IMG/VR virus record: IMGVR_UViG_3300000216_000003
Span: 32,001 to 96,000 of that record
Length of the DNA stretch: 64,000 nucleotides
Source: a virus
Direction: 5' to 3' (one strand)
Part shown: in pieces, positions 9,988 to 18,008 of the stretch
Layout: every line of letters starts with the position of its first letter
Position numbering within the stretch: the stretch's first letter is position 1
Notes under the pieces: model-generated
Told to the model about the DNA's origin: nothing
Databases searched by the model: none
Seen by the model: the letters and a program-made list of their open reading frames with translations, nothing else
Made by a program: the position numbers and the translations under genes

Positions 9988-10869
9988 TTAAATTAATAAG
10001 TTTTCATCGCCGGATTGGCTGATGTCTTCATATAGTGTTACTGAAATATATCCAGTATTAATTCTACTCATAAGCCAGAATGTATCTTCTACTTTTCCAA
10101 GATGTACTTCATATGCTTCTGCTTCAATCTGTAGAAAACTATAAGACTTAAGTACCAACTGTACATTCACATCTGAAAGAGTTGGTTCGTTTCTATATGC
10201 TGGAAATGTATATACAATAGTCTCTGGGATAGACATTGCTTTTAATTGATCATTATCTACCAGCAATTCAACATATTCAGCCCCTGCCCCTGTAATAACA
10301 CCTTTAATAATTTTAATTACATTTTTATCAAGAGCCAAAGGAACACCAATAGCAGTAGCTGCACTTAGATCTGGCGGAGATTGATCTTCTGTTAACTCTT
10401 CAATTTGTTTTGGAAGAATAATCACCATATCATTATTTTTAATTAGATATTGTTGTTGCTCTGGATTATCAATAATCTGAACATCATCATTACCACGTAA
10501 AGCCTTAAATAATTTAATATATTTTTCAGGATTAATAATATGTAGATTAATATCAGGACCAAGAAGCTCACTAACATCAATATTAATAACAGCGGTACCT
10601 TTATTAATAGACTGATTAATAGTACTATTACTAATAGTAATTACACCAGTTTTTTCCAGAATACTGAGTAGTTTAGCTAATTGATCCCATTCAGCAGGAC
10701 TAATCTTAGCCAGTAGAGTCTGCCCTTCTCCAAGAGCAACAGCCGGTGTGGCTACTGGTGTAGCCTCTGGTGTAGCAGCCAAAGGAGCAGTTTCTTGAAG
10801 TTCAGGCATAATTAATTCTTGGGTTGGTGAAGCCTCTGCTGGAGTAGTAGATGCGAAGACGTTTGTCAT
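9988..10869 (-). CDS. Probable sliding clamp (gp45/PCNA-like) with A/P/T-rich N-terminal extension
   Basis: Acidic two-domain alpha/beta pattern reminiscent of T4 gp45; clamp loader and primase nearby; not search-verified. Confidence 0.45.
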   Translation of the reverse strand: MTNVFASTTPAEASPTQELIMPELQETAPLAATPEATPVATPAVALGEGQTLLAKISPAEWDQLAKLLSILEKTGVITISNSTINQSINKGTAVINIDVSELLGPDINLHIINPEKYIKLFKALRGNDDVQIIDNPEQQQYLIKNNDMVIILPKQIEELTEDQSPPDLSAATAIGVPLALDKNVIKIIKGVITGAGAEYVELLVDNDQLKAMSIPETIVYTFPAYRNEPTLSDVNVQLVLKSYSFLQIEAEAYEVHLGKVEDTFWLMSRINTGYISVTLYEDISQSGDENLLI

Positions 10870-11228
10870 TTAGTTTCCTTTTCAGTCATGATTTTATTGA
10901 AAGTGTATTTTTCCCGATTTTTATTTATAATATCTTGAATAGTTGAACATGGTTCTGTAACTTTAATATTTACGATAATGCTTCCATTTGAATAATATTC
11001 TTTTTCTCTTCTAATAGTATATATACATCCGACTGATGACTTTTCTACCATCGATTCTGTTAGCCAATATTCATCGCTATGAGGATTGGTATGTAACAAT
11101 ACTAACCCAACACTACTAAGAATTAAGAGTGCGCTAAAAAACCAGGTTCCATAAGGAAAATTTTCAACAAAAAACATAATAGTAAAAAATAAGGACATTA
11201 TACATATTATCGGTAGTGCTATTTCCAT
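10866..11228 (-). CDS. Membrane protein (2 TM), paralog of 11229-11597
   Basis: Two hydrophobic helices; shared C.Y..R...PCSTIQ..I..NR.KY. Confidence 0.75.
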   Translation of the reverse strand: MEIALPIICIMSLFFTIMFFVENFPYGTWFFSALLILSSVGLVLLHTNPHSDEYWLTESMVEKSSVGCIYTIRREKEYYSNGSIIVNIKVTEPCSTIQDIINKNREKYTFNKIMTEKETK

Positions 11229-11597
11229 TTAATTATCACCTTCTGTACGTATGGTACTATTTAATATTTTATACTTTTTCCGGTTCTCATCTATAGTAGA
11301 TTGAATAGTGGAACATGGTTTATCAATATTGATAATTGTAATATCCTGTCTAGAAATACTCCATCCTTTATGTTTTCGTAGTGAATAATAACAATTATTA
11401 GGGAGTTGTTGTATATATTCTTTATAATAATATGTTGGACTCCCTTTCATAATATCATAAGATTTGCCACCGGCTGCTATTCCACCTAATAAAAACATCA
11501 AACCAACAAAATAGTGGGTTGTTTTGTTTGCGGTTAATATAAAAATTATTGCTAATGTAAGCAATACAACAGCTACAATTATAAGAATAATATCCAT
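11229..11597 (-). CDS. Membrane protein (2 TM), paralog of 10866-11228
   Basis: Same motif set as its neighbour. Confidence 0.75.
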   Translation of the reverse strand: MDIILIIVAVVLLTLAIIFILTANKTTHYFVGLMFLLGGIAAGGKSYDIMKGSPTYYYKEYIQQLPNNCYYSLRKHKGWSISRQDITIINIDKPCSTIQSTIDENRKKYKILNSTIRTEGDN

Positions 11598-12011
11598 TTA
11601 ACAAACCTCGATTATTTCATCTGAATTTAGAAAATTCCGACGTTCAATTACTCCGAAAGTGCTATTATCAATAGTATAATATATCCGTTTTAATCCTATT
11701 TTATTTAAATAGTTCATACAGTGTTTACATGGTTTCGCTAGTCTGAATTTATTTGCTTTATCGATTCTAACGACTAACATTTCCAATCCTTTTAGATCTA
11801 TATATGCATTTAATACTGCGTCCTGCTCTGCATGAAGACTCCCTACCCATTTCATATATTTAGGATGTAGACGTCTTTTACTTCTCTGAGCTGTGTTTTT
11901 ACCTTTAGATATGATTTTTGATTTATTAAATATAATAGCACCTAGTTTAAATTGGTGGTCTACTTTTTTAGCTTCTTTAACAGCCGCCGTAATGAAACTC
12001 TTTTTAAACAT
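11598..12011 (-). CDS. Zinc-dependent cytidine/dCMP deaminase-fold protein
   Basis: HAE and PCKHC motifs; LGAII...G.N. Confidence 0.85.
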   Translation of the reverse strand: MFKKSFITAAVKEAKKVDHQFKLGAIIFNKSKIISKGKNTAQRSKRRLHPKYMKWVGSLHAEQDAVLNAYIDLKGLEMLVVRIDKANKFRLAKPCKHCMNYLNKIGLKRIYYTIDNSTFGVIERRNFLNSDEIIEVC

Positions 12012-12044
12012 AAACCCCTCTTTCTATTCATTAATATGTAATTT

Positions 12045-12056
12045 ATTATATCTATA
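12045..12056 (-). promoter_or_regulatory. Phage promoter motif TATAGATATAAT
   Basis: Upstream of deaminase operon. Confidence 0.7.
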
Positions 12057-12074
12057 TATTAATAAATAAAAACA

Positions 12075-12180
12075 AGTAAAAGATCATCAATAACCGAGGT
12101 TATTAATGAAGACACAATCTTAAACTCCAGGGATTAACCCGAAGGTTAAATCTGTGAGAACTAGGACAAGTCCTAATTCT
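12075..12180 (-). ncRNA. Candidate ~105-nt three-hairpin small RNA
   Basis: Own promoter at 12187-12218; hairpins AGAAUUAGGAC/GUCCUAGUUCU, UUAACC-UUCG-GGUUAA, UCAUUAAUAACC/GGUUAUUGAUGA then U-tract. Confidence 0.55.
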
Positions 12181-12186
12181 TTATAT

Positions 12187-12218
12187 ATAATATCTATATC
12201 AAATCTTTGAAAACGTGG
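12187..12218 (-). promoter_or_regulatory. Phage promoter motif (CCACGTTTTCAAAG..TATAGATATTAT)
   Basis: Full-length copy of the motif. Confidence 0.7.
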
Positions 12219-12228
12219 TGATTCTATA

Positions 12229-12747
12229 TTAGAAAGAATTACCAGTTACTGCACTAAATGCACTAAAGTCAACATCAGAGAACTCTAAATTATGTGAAGC
12301 AATAGTATATTCAATTGATTGTTCTTGTGCACCAAGAGTGGGTAATAGATTTCCAGTTATAGGATCTACATCCAAATTTCCATTACCAAGTGCAATAATA
12401 ATTGGAAGATCTGGATTAGAATACATAAACATTGAAGTATATAGTGTGAATGCTGTTTCTACTACTTCAACATTAGTAGCGTCCATATCATCATCAACAA
12501 TAATCTTTAGAAATGTAGGAGATCCATCTCTTGATATCACATTTACATAACTAGCAGCATATGCTCTTATTAATGTAAATTTAGTAGCGTTACTTGGAAG
12601 AACAATGGACCCACTTAATAGATATTTTGGGTTTGTTAATATTGTTTTTCCACTTGATGATACTAGATCTTGTGATTCTTGATATGCAGCCCCACCTCCA
12701 GCATACTCAATAATTTTTGTTTTAGTTTCAGTGATAAGTTGTTTCAT
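12229..12747 (-). CDS. Hypothetical protein, possible virion protein
   Basis: Acidic, beta-rich; N-terminus MKQLITE resembles a prohead-protease leader. Confidence 0.55.
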   Translation of the reverse strand: MKQLITETKTKIIEYAGGGAAYQESQDLVSSSGKTILTNPKYLLSGSIVLPSNATKFTLIRAYAASYVNVISRDGSPTFLKIIVDDDMDATNVEVVETAFTLYTSMFMYSNPDLPIIIALGNGNLDVDPITGNLLPTLGAQEQSIEYTIASHNLEFSDVDFSAFSAVTGNSF

Positions 12748-12843
12748 TAAATTATATACCTTTTTATATCATTTAAGAATGTTACTAATCCTATATAGTG
12801 TATAAGACTTTAAAAAATAATATTAATATTTAGGCCCCAATAT

Positions 12844-12925
12844 ATTATATCTATATATTCCTGCTACGTAAATAAAAACATACAAGCTATTTTTTACTTT
12901 TATCTAGTTTTGATATAGATATAAT
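12844..12925. promoter_or_regulatory. Divergent pair of promoter motifs (12844-12855 minus, 12914-12925 plus)
   Basis: Two TATAGATATAAT copies back to back. Confidence 0.7.
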
Positions 12926-12961
12926 AAAATACTATTTCCTCTTTTACAAAGGATTTTTACT

Positions 12962-13129
12962 ATGAAAGCATTCCGTATTCGGAAGAACAACTATTTGTTC
13001 CTGGAAGGCTGTATACAAAACCTATTTTACTCAGAAGGAGTACCGCCACATTTCAAATTTCAACAAGAAATGCCATTTAAAAGACCATCAAAGAAAGGTG
13101 TTATATTCTTTTGTAGAAAAAAGACATAA
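12962..13129 (+). CDS. Unlisted 55-aa basic protein (MKAFRIRKNNYLFLEG...)
   Basis: Own promoter motif, AAGGA RBS, followed by terminator hairpin. Confidence 0.6.
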   Translation: MKAFRIRKNNYLFLEGCIQNLFYSEGVPPHFKFQQEMPFKRPSKKGVIFFCRKKT

Positions 13130-13140
13130 AGAAATAAAGA

Positions 13141-13182
13141 AATAAAAGAGTAATCGTAATAATATACGTTACTCTTTATTTG
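13141..13182. terminator. Bidirectional intrinsic terminator
   Basis: AAAGAGTAA..CGTA/TACG..TTACTCTTT hairpin between convergent genes. Confidence 0.6.
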
Positions 13183-13521
13183 TTATGACCATTTTAAAAT
13201 TAGTTTTGTTATTGTTTTTTGATCCAAAGATGATTTACCATCTTTAAGCCTCTGTATCCATTCAATTTTAGATATTTCTTTATCAATAATATACCATCTA
13301 TCTGGATTATCATTATTAAATATTATAGCTGGTCCATCTTCTCTATGTAATAACCCATTATTAAACCAATATTTATTTCCTGTACTTGTATTTACAAAAG
13401 CATACCCATCTTCTCTATGTAGTTCTCCGTATGTATTTGTCCATATTAAATGGTCACCATCTTCATCAGTTTCACCTTTAAGATTAGGTGGATATATGTC
13501 AATTGTATAATGTTTACTCAT
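13183..13521 (-). CDS. LHREDGPA-repeat protein with tag A (ITKLILKWS)
   Basis: Two HREDG(P/Y)A repeats. Confidence 0.8.
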   Translation of the reverse strand: MSKHYTIDIYPPNLKGETDEDGDHLIWTNTYGELHREDGYAFVNTSTGNKYWFNNGLLHREDGPAIIFNNDNPDRWYIIDKEISKIEWIQRLKDGKSSLDQKTITKLILKWS

Positions 13522-13523
13522 TA

Positions 13524-13859
13524 TTAACTATTCTCCAGTATGATTCTGTTGATTGTCTTTTGATCCAGAGAGGATTTACCATCTCTTAAGTATTGAATCC
13601 ATTCATCTTTCGTTATATATTCACCATCAATATACCATTCATTAATATTTCCACTTTTCCAAATGCAAGCAGGACCATCTTCTCTATGTAACACGCCTCT
13701 ACAATACCAATATTCGGCACCAGTTTTATAAATAATTGCTGGTCCATTTTCTCTATGAAATAATCCATCAGAATCAGTCCATACACGATCACCATATTTA
13801 CATTCATCCCCATTTAAATTGGGAATAAATAATTCTTCATCGTATATGTCATTTGGCAT
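13524..13859 (-). CDS. LHREDGPA-repeat protein with tag A (INRIILENS)
   Basis: HRENGPA and HREDGPA repeats. Confidence 0.8.
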   Translation of the reverse strand: MPNDIYDEELFIPNLNGDECKYGDRVWTDSDGLFHRENGPAIIYKTGAEYWYCRGVLHREDGPACIWKSGNINEWYIDGEYITKDEWIQYLRDGKSSLDQKTINRIILENS

Positions 13860-14179
13860 TAACTATGCTCCAGTATGAGTTTTAATTCTGTATTTCGACC
13901 TAAACTAGAGGCAGCTTCTTTAAGCCATTGAAGCCACTCATCTTTTGAAATATCTATTCCATAGACATACCATCTAAGATCATATGATTCATCAACAGCT
14001 GGACCATCTTCTCGATGTAACCACCCATGATAGAACCAATTAACATGCCCATCTGGATATATAATAGCTGGACCATCTTCACGATGCCATCTACCTTCAG
14101 AATCAGTCCATATCATATCTCCATCTTGGTCTAATTCACCTTTAATATTGGGTTTAGTGCGTACAGTTGTATTATTCAT
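13859..14179 (-). CDS. LHREDGPA-repeat protein with tag A (ELKLILEHS)
   Basis: Two HREDGPA repeats. Confidence 0.8.
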   Translation of the reverse strand: MNNTTVRTKPNIKGELDQDGDMIWTDSEGRWHREDGPAIIYPDGHVNWFYHGWLHREDGPAVDESYDLRWYVYGIDISKDEWLQWLKEAASSLGRNTELKLILEHS

Positions 14180-14484
14180 ATATTAAGACATTTCTTAATA
14201 GATTTAATAGCAGCTTCCATCTTTAGACGGGCAGAAGAATTAGCACTATGAACTTTTAATTTGGGGCATTTAAAACTTTTATTTAAGTGTACTTGTTCTT
14301 CAATGTATAATAAAACATCATAACCAGTACCAATACCTTCATCGTCTCCTAAGTCATGATCTAAACTAATTACAGATATCCTTTCTGGATGTTTTAGTAA
14401 TGTTATTACTTCTTTAGGGGTTTTTAATAGTATCCAAGTATTATCATATGGAGTTCTTTCATCATCGAGATATATTTTCATCAT
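14176..14484 (-). CDS. Cyclic-phosphate-processing receiver-like domain protein
   Basis: IYLDDER, ISLDHDLG...GTGYD, VHSAN motifs. Confidence 0.75.
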   Translation of the reverse strand: MMKIYLDDERTPYDNTWILLKTPKEVITLLKHPERISVISLDHDLGDDEGIGTGYDVLLYIEEQVHLNKSFKCPKLKVHSANSSARLKMEAAIKSIKKCLNI

Positions 14485-14744
14485 GAATTCTCCAATATTA
14501 GACGAGTAATTTTATCAATTGAAATACTCGGATTACCAGATTTAAGCCATTGTATCCATTGTTTCTTAGTCATAATATTACCGTGATTGTAATATATTTC
14601 GAATTTATTATTAGTAATCATAGCCGGGCCATCTTCTCGATGTAGTTCTCCTTTATCATCACACCAAATTAAACCACCATCTACAGTAGCGACACCTTGT
14701 ACATTACGACGACTATGTTTTATACTATCTTCATTAAATGTCAT
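14481..14744 (-). CDS. LHREDGPA protein with tag A (ITRLILENS)
   Basis: One LHREDGPA repeat. Confidence 0.8.
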   Translation of the reverse strand: MTFNEDSIKHSRRNVQGVATVDGGLIWCDDKGELHREDGPAMITNNKFEIYYNHGNIMTKKQWIQWLKSGNPSISIDKITRLILENS

Positions 14745-15091
14745 GATTCCTCCAATATTAATCCAATTAATTCATTTCGCTCTTTTCTTGTTATATTTTT
14801 AATATTATCTAAAATATACCTAGCATCTTCTCCCCTCAATTCTGAAGTTTTTATATTTATAACAACTCCATTATCCCAAATATTTAATAATCCATGCATA
14901 ATATCTAATATTTTTCTAAAATCTAAATCATAATCATCAAACTCATTTGTAAAAATAGTTATATCCATATTACTAGAATACTTATTCTCATCTAAACATA
15001 CTCTAAATAATTCAGTTTCTAGTGTAATTTTGATCATTTTAGTAACATATGTAATAACTTTTTCTTCTGCCGCTTCTCGTCTCGATATCAC
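14741..15091 (-). CDS. Paralog-family protein with tag A (LIGLILEES)
   Basis: Shares LF motif and C-terminal helix pattern with 15088-16721. Confidence 0.75.
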   Translation of the reverse strand: MISRREAAEEKVITYVTKMIKITLETELFRVCLDENKYSSNMDITIFTNEFDDYDLDFRKILDIMHGLLNIWDNGVVINIKTSELRGEDARYILDNIKNITRKERNELIGLILEES

Positions 15092-15450
15092 GATTGCTCC
15101 AATAGATGTCTTCTGAGTGAATTCTCTTCTTCTGAAGAAAGATTTTTACTTCTATTTAACATATCTCTAGTTTGACAATTATTCAATATATCTGCTCTAA
15201 CTGATATATTTATTATATCAGCACCGAAAAATACATCAGGGTCTAGAATATCCCTCCTAATTATATTATACCAATATTCTGATATATTAATATAGGATTC
15301 AAAATTCAAATCTTTAATCGGTAGATACCGGATAGAAATAGCCGTAATATTATAATCTGTTGTTGTAGTATATTTTACTATAAACAGATTAGATCCGATA
15401 GTCTTCTGAACTAGTTTTTTAACTTCTTTTATTAATTGATCAGTTGTCAC
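15088..15450 (-). CDS. Paralog-family protein with tag A (LRRHLLEQS)
   Basis: GTG start overlapping upstream stop. Confidence 0.75.
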   Translation of the reverse strand: MTTDQLIKEVKKLVQKTIGSNLFIVKYTTTTDYNITAISIRYLPIKDLNFESYINISEYWYNIIRRDILDPDVFFGADIINISVRADILNNCQTRDMLNRSKNLSSEEENSLRRHLLEQS

Positions 15451-15815
15451 GATTGTTCCAATAGATGTCTATTTAACATATTAGTTTCTTTATTGGAAAG
15501 ATTTGGTATTATTCGGAATATATCCATTATTTGTTTTTTCTCTAATATATTAGTATTAATAATTAAATGCTTAATTTTATTATATGTTTTACTATCTCTA
15601 AACATATCTTCTATTTTATGTTTCAAATATTCATCAGTTGGAATAGTTCCAAGTAGAATATTACCTCTCATAATAGTAATAACTTCAGATTGTAGATACC
15701 ATATAGTTAAATACATAGTATTATTAATTCTAGAAGTATCTAATATGAAAAGTCGGTTGCCTAGTATATTTCGACATATAGTTCTTGTATTTCTAATTAT
15801 CTCTTTTTCAGTCAT
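15447..15815 (-). CDS. Paralog-family protein with tag A (LNRHLLEQS)
   Basis: Array member. Confidence 0.75.
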   Translation of the reverse strand: MTEKEIIRNTRTICRNILGNRLFILDTSRINNTMYLTIWYLQSEVITIMRGNILLGTIPTDEYLKHKIEDMFRDSKTYNKIKHLIINTNILEKKQIMDIFRIIPNLSNKETNMLNRHLLEQS

Positions 15816-16372
15816 GATTGCTCCAATATCACTCTATTTAATCTAATCGTTTCTTTAACTGTAATAGAAGGGATAGTATCTAAAAGATGTAAAACTGCTG
15901 CTTTATTTAATTCTTCAAACACTATCTTTATTCTAATCCCTCTCATATCTCCAGTTTGAACAATTGCACCTCTCATAATTGGAATCTTCCATTTTACAGA
16001 GTTTTGCATCATTCTTCGTTGAATAAACATACGATTATTAGAAGTATTAGCTTCATGATCTACAAATATTCGAATATAACAATCAAATGGTTTAATACTG
16101 TTCCATTGTATTGTATGGTTATAATCGATTGCAAATAATCTATTTGGCAGTATCATTTTAGCTATCATAGTTACGTCATTTTTTATCTTATTTAATCTAC
16201 TTAATCTAGATCTATATACTAATTCACCAGTCTCTCTAGGAGATATAAAAGGGGGTGTTGATATACTACGAGGCATAGCCGGTATTGCGAATACGGGTAT
16301 TCCTGGTTCTATGATTGGATTTTCTTCATAAGACTTTATCCACATATCATGAAACGATTTTAAACTAAACAT
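15812..16372 (-). CDS. Paralog-family protein with Pro-rich N-extension and tag A (LNRVILEQS)
   Basis: Array member. Confidence 0.75.
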   Translation of the reverse strand: MFSLKSFHDMWIKSYEENPIIEPGIPVFAIPAMPRSISTPPFISPRETGELVYRSRLSRLNKIKNDVTMIAKMILPNRLFAIDYNHTIQWNSIKPFDCYIRIFVDHEANTSNNRMFIQRRMMQNSVKWKIPIMRGAIVQTGDMRGIRIKIVFEELNKAAVLHLLDTIPSITVKETIRLNRVILEQS

Positions 16373-16373
16373 T

Positions 16374-16721
16374 CTAAGAATCCTCCAATATTATACGAGT
16401 TAATATATTCTTTTCATAACTAGTAATATCATAAAGAGTATCAAGAAGAGATTGGGCTTCTTCCCTCCCCAATTTATTTATGGTTATATCTTCTACTCTT
16501 GCTCTTTTATCTGTTATTCCAGTATTTATTAATTGTTGTAGATTGTATAATAAAACAACTGATATTGAATCTTTATTTATATGAGATATTTTAATTTTTA
16601 CTTCATTATATTTTATACTTTTCTTTATCTTAAATAATCTAGTATTTGTCATTACTTCTATTATATAATACATACTATTCTTTATTGTATCTAAGTGAAC
16701 CCTTTTTTGAGAAGATATCAT
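16374..16721 (-). CDS. Paralog-family protein with tag A (LTRIILEDS)
   Basis: Array member. Confidence 0.75.
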   Translation of the reverse strand: MISSQKRVHLDTIKNSMYYIIEVMTNTRLFKIKKSIKYNEVKIKISHINKDSISVVLLYNLQQLINTGITDKRARVEDITINKLGREEAQSLLDTLYDITSYEKNILTRIILEDS

Positions 16722-16990
16722 ATATTTTCCAGTAATGCTTTAGTAATTATATTTAACGGCAACTTTGAATGTTTTTTAATCCAATTTCTCCAATCTTCTT
16801 TACTAAGACTCCTCCCATGTATGTAAAATAGATCATCCTTATTAATATTTCCTCTTATAATAGCAGGGCCTTCTTCTCTATGTAATTTCTTATCTTTTCT
16901 GTAATAACAATTACCAAAAGGATCAATATATTGTATATCTAGTGTTATCCTTGCTATCTCAGTTATTACTGTAATATCATCCCGATCCAT
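16718..16990 (-). CDS. LHREEGPA protein with tag A (ITKALLENI)
   Basis: First gene after promoter at 17025. Confidence 0.8.
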   Translation of the reverse strand: MDRDDITVITEIARITLDIQYIDPFGNCYYRKDKKLHREEGPAIIRGNINKDDLFYIHGRSLSKEDWRNWIKKHSKLPLNIITKALLENI

Positions 16991-17024
16991 ATTAACCCCT
17001 ATATATAGAATGTGAATATATTGT

Positions 17025-17036
17025 ATTATATCTATA
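17025..17036 (-). promoter_or_regulatory. Phage promoter motif TATAGATATAAT
   Basis: Heads the 13183-16990 array. Confidence 0.7.
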
Positions 17037-17044
17037 TAAGACGA

Positions 17045-17079
17045 AATAAAAAGTGGTGAGACCTTGATGATCTCACCAC
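17045..17079 (-). terminator. Intrinsic terminator
   Basis: GTGGTGAGA/TCTCACCAC stem followed by T-tract on minus strand. Confidence 0.7.
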
Positions 17080-17085
17080 GGTAAA

Positions 17086-17331
17086 CTAACCGATAACGAC
17101 TAGTTTTAGTTGTGTATTTTTTGGAGTTGAAGTCATATCAAGAGTAATCTCAATACTATCTTCAGTAATAGTATCGATACCCCAATCAAAAGCTTCTTTC
17201 CATAATTCTGTTTCTTTATATCTATAATAGACAAAACAAACAACATCTGTTGTATTTAATTCATGATATAATGTATGTTGAGTTTTATCACAAACCCATT
17301 CAAATACTTCCTTCTTTACACAACCGCTCAA
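17086..17331 (-). CDS. Hypothetical protein
   Basis: Coupled ORF. Confidence 0.55.
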   Translation of the reverse strand: MSGCVKKEVFEWVCDKTQHTLYHELNTTDVVCFVYYRYKETELWKEAFDWGIDTITEDSIEITLDMTSTPKNTQLKLVVIG

Positions 17332-17729
17332 GCGACACGCATCAATAGACGATCGCTAAGGACTTTAGCGATACCTGAATTAGTTTCTGCTAACTCAGTG
17401 TCTGATAAATATGGTAGAAGTTCAATAAAATTAGAACCAATACGAGTAAAGGTAACTGAGTGTTTCGAACTGTAGAAATCTACAGAGGATACCATATAAC
17501 CAGAGCTCAACCACATTAGAGTATGGTAATGATGATATTTTCCAGGAGCATCTTTATCTGGATGTGGATCATTAGACCAGAATAATGCGTTCATATGATC
17601 AGTAGCGCTCTTAGGCAATGTAAATCCTAGAATATTCTCTAGTTCTTCCATTGATAATTTAACACGCTGTGTAGTCTTTTCAGAAAGGTAAGTATGTAAT
17701 GGTTTGTATTTTGATTTAACCTTCGTCAT
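17328..17729 (-). CDS. DUF7662-like putative DNA-binding domain protein
   Basis: SKYKPLHTYL..VKLSMEELENILGFTLPKSA...FWSND...WLSSGY...VTF pattern. Confidence 0.6.
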   Translation of the reverse strand: MTKVKSKYKPLHTYLSEKTTQRVKLSMEELENILGFTLPKSATDHMNALFWSNDPHPDKDAPGKYHHYHTLMWLSSGYMVSSVDFYSSKHSVTFTRIGSNFIELLPYLSDTELAETNSGIAKVLSDRLLMRVA

Positions 17730-17976
17730 CTGATAAGTCTCCTTGGGGTTGTGGTGTATCTCTAGAACAATAACGCTCTAGAAGTAGTGGTTCTTTGTTA
17801 AATAATCCAAGTATACATGATACTTCGTTAATAGGTCTGTTTGAATTAAGTGCTTCTTTTTTAATATTTTCTATTTGTTGTAATTTTTGTTCTTCATGCT
17901 TATATCTAAGAACATCTTCAGATGTATCACTTTTATACATAAATATTATCATAACTATAATAGTTAGTGCAACCAT
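17716..17976 (-). CDS. Membrane-anchored hypothetical protein
   Basis: N-terminal hydrophobic helix. Confidence 0.55.
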   Translation of the reverse strand: MVALTIIVMIIFMYKSDTSEDVLRYKHEEQKLQQIENIKKEALNSNRPINEVSCILGLFNKEPLLLERYCSRDTPQPQGDLSDDEG

Positions 17977-18008
17977 TATACCTAATATAATATCACTCCA
18001 ATTGATAT

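Noticed and set aside
13183-16990. Diversity-generating retroelement or integron behind the arrays
   Set aside because: No reverse transcriptase or tyrosine recombinase in the window, no adenine-specific template/variable pair, and no palindromic attC-like sites between the overlapping genes.
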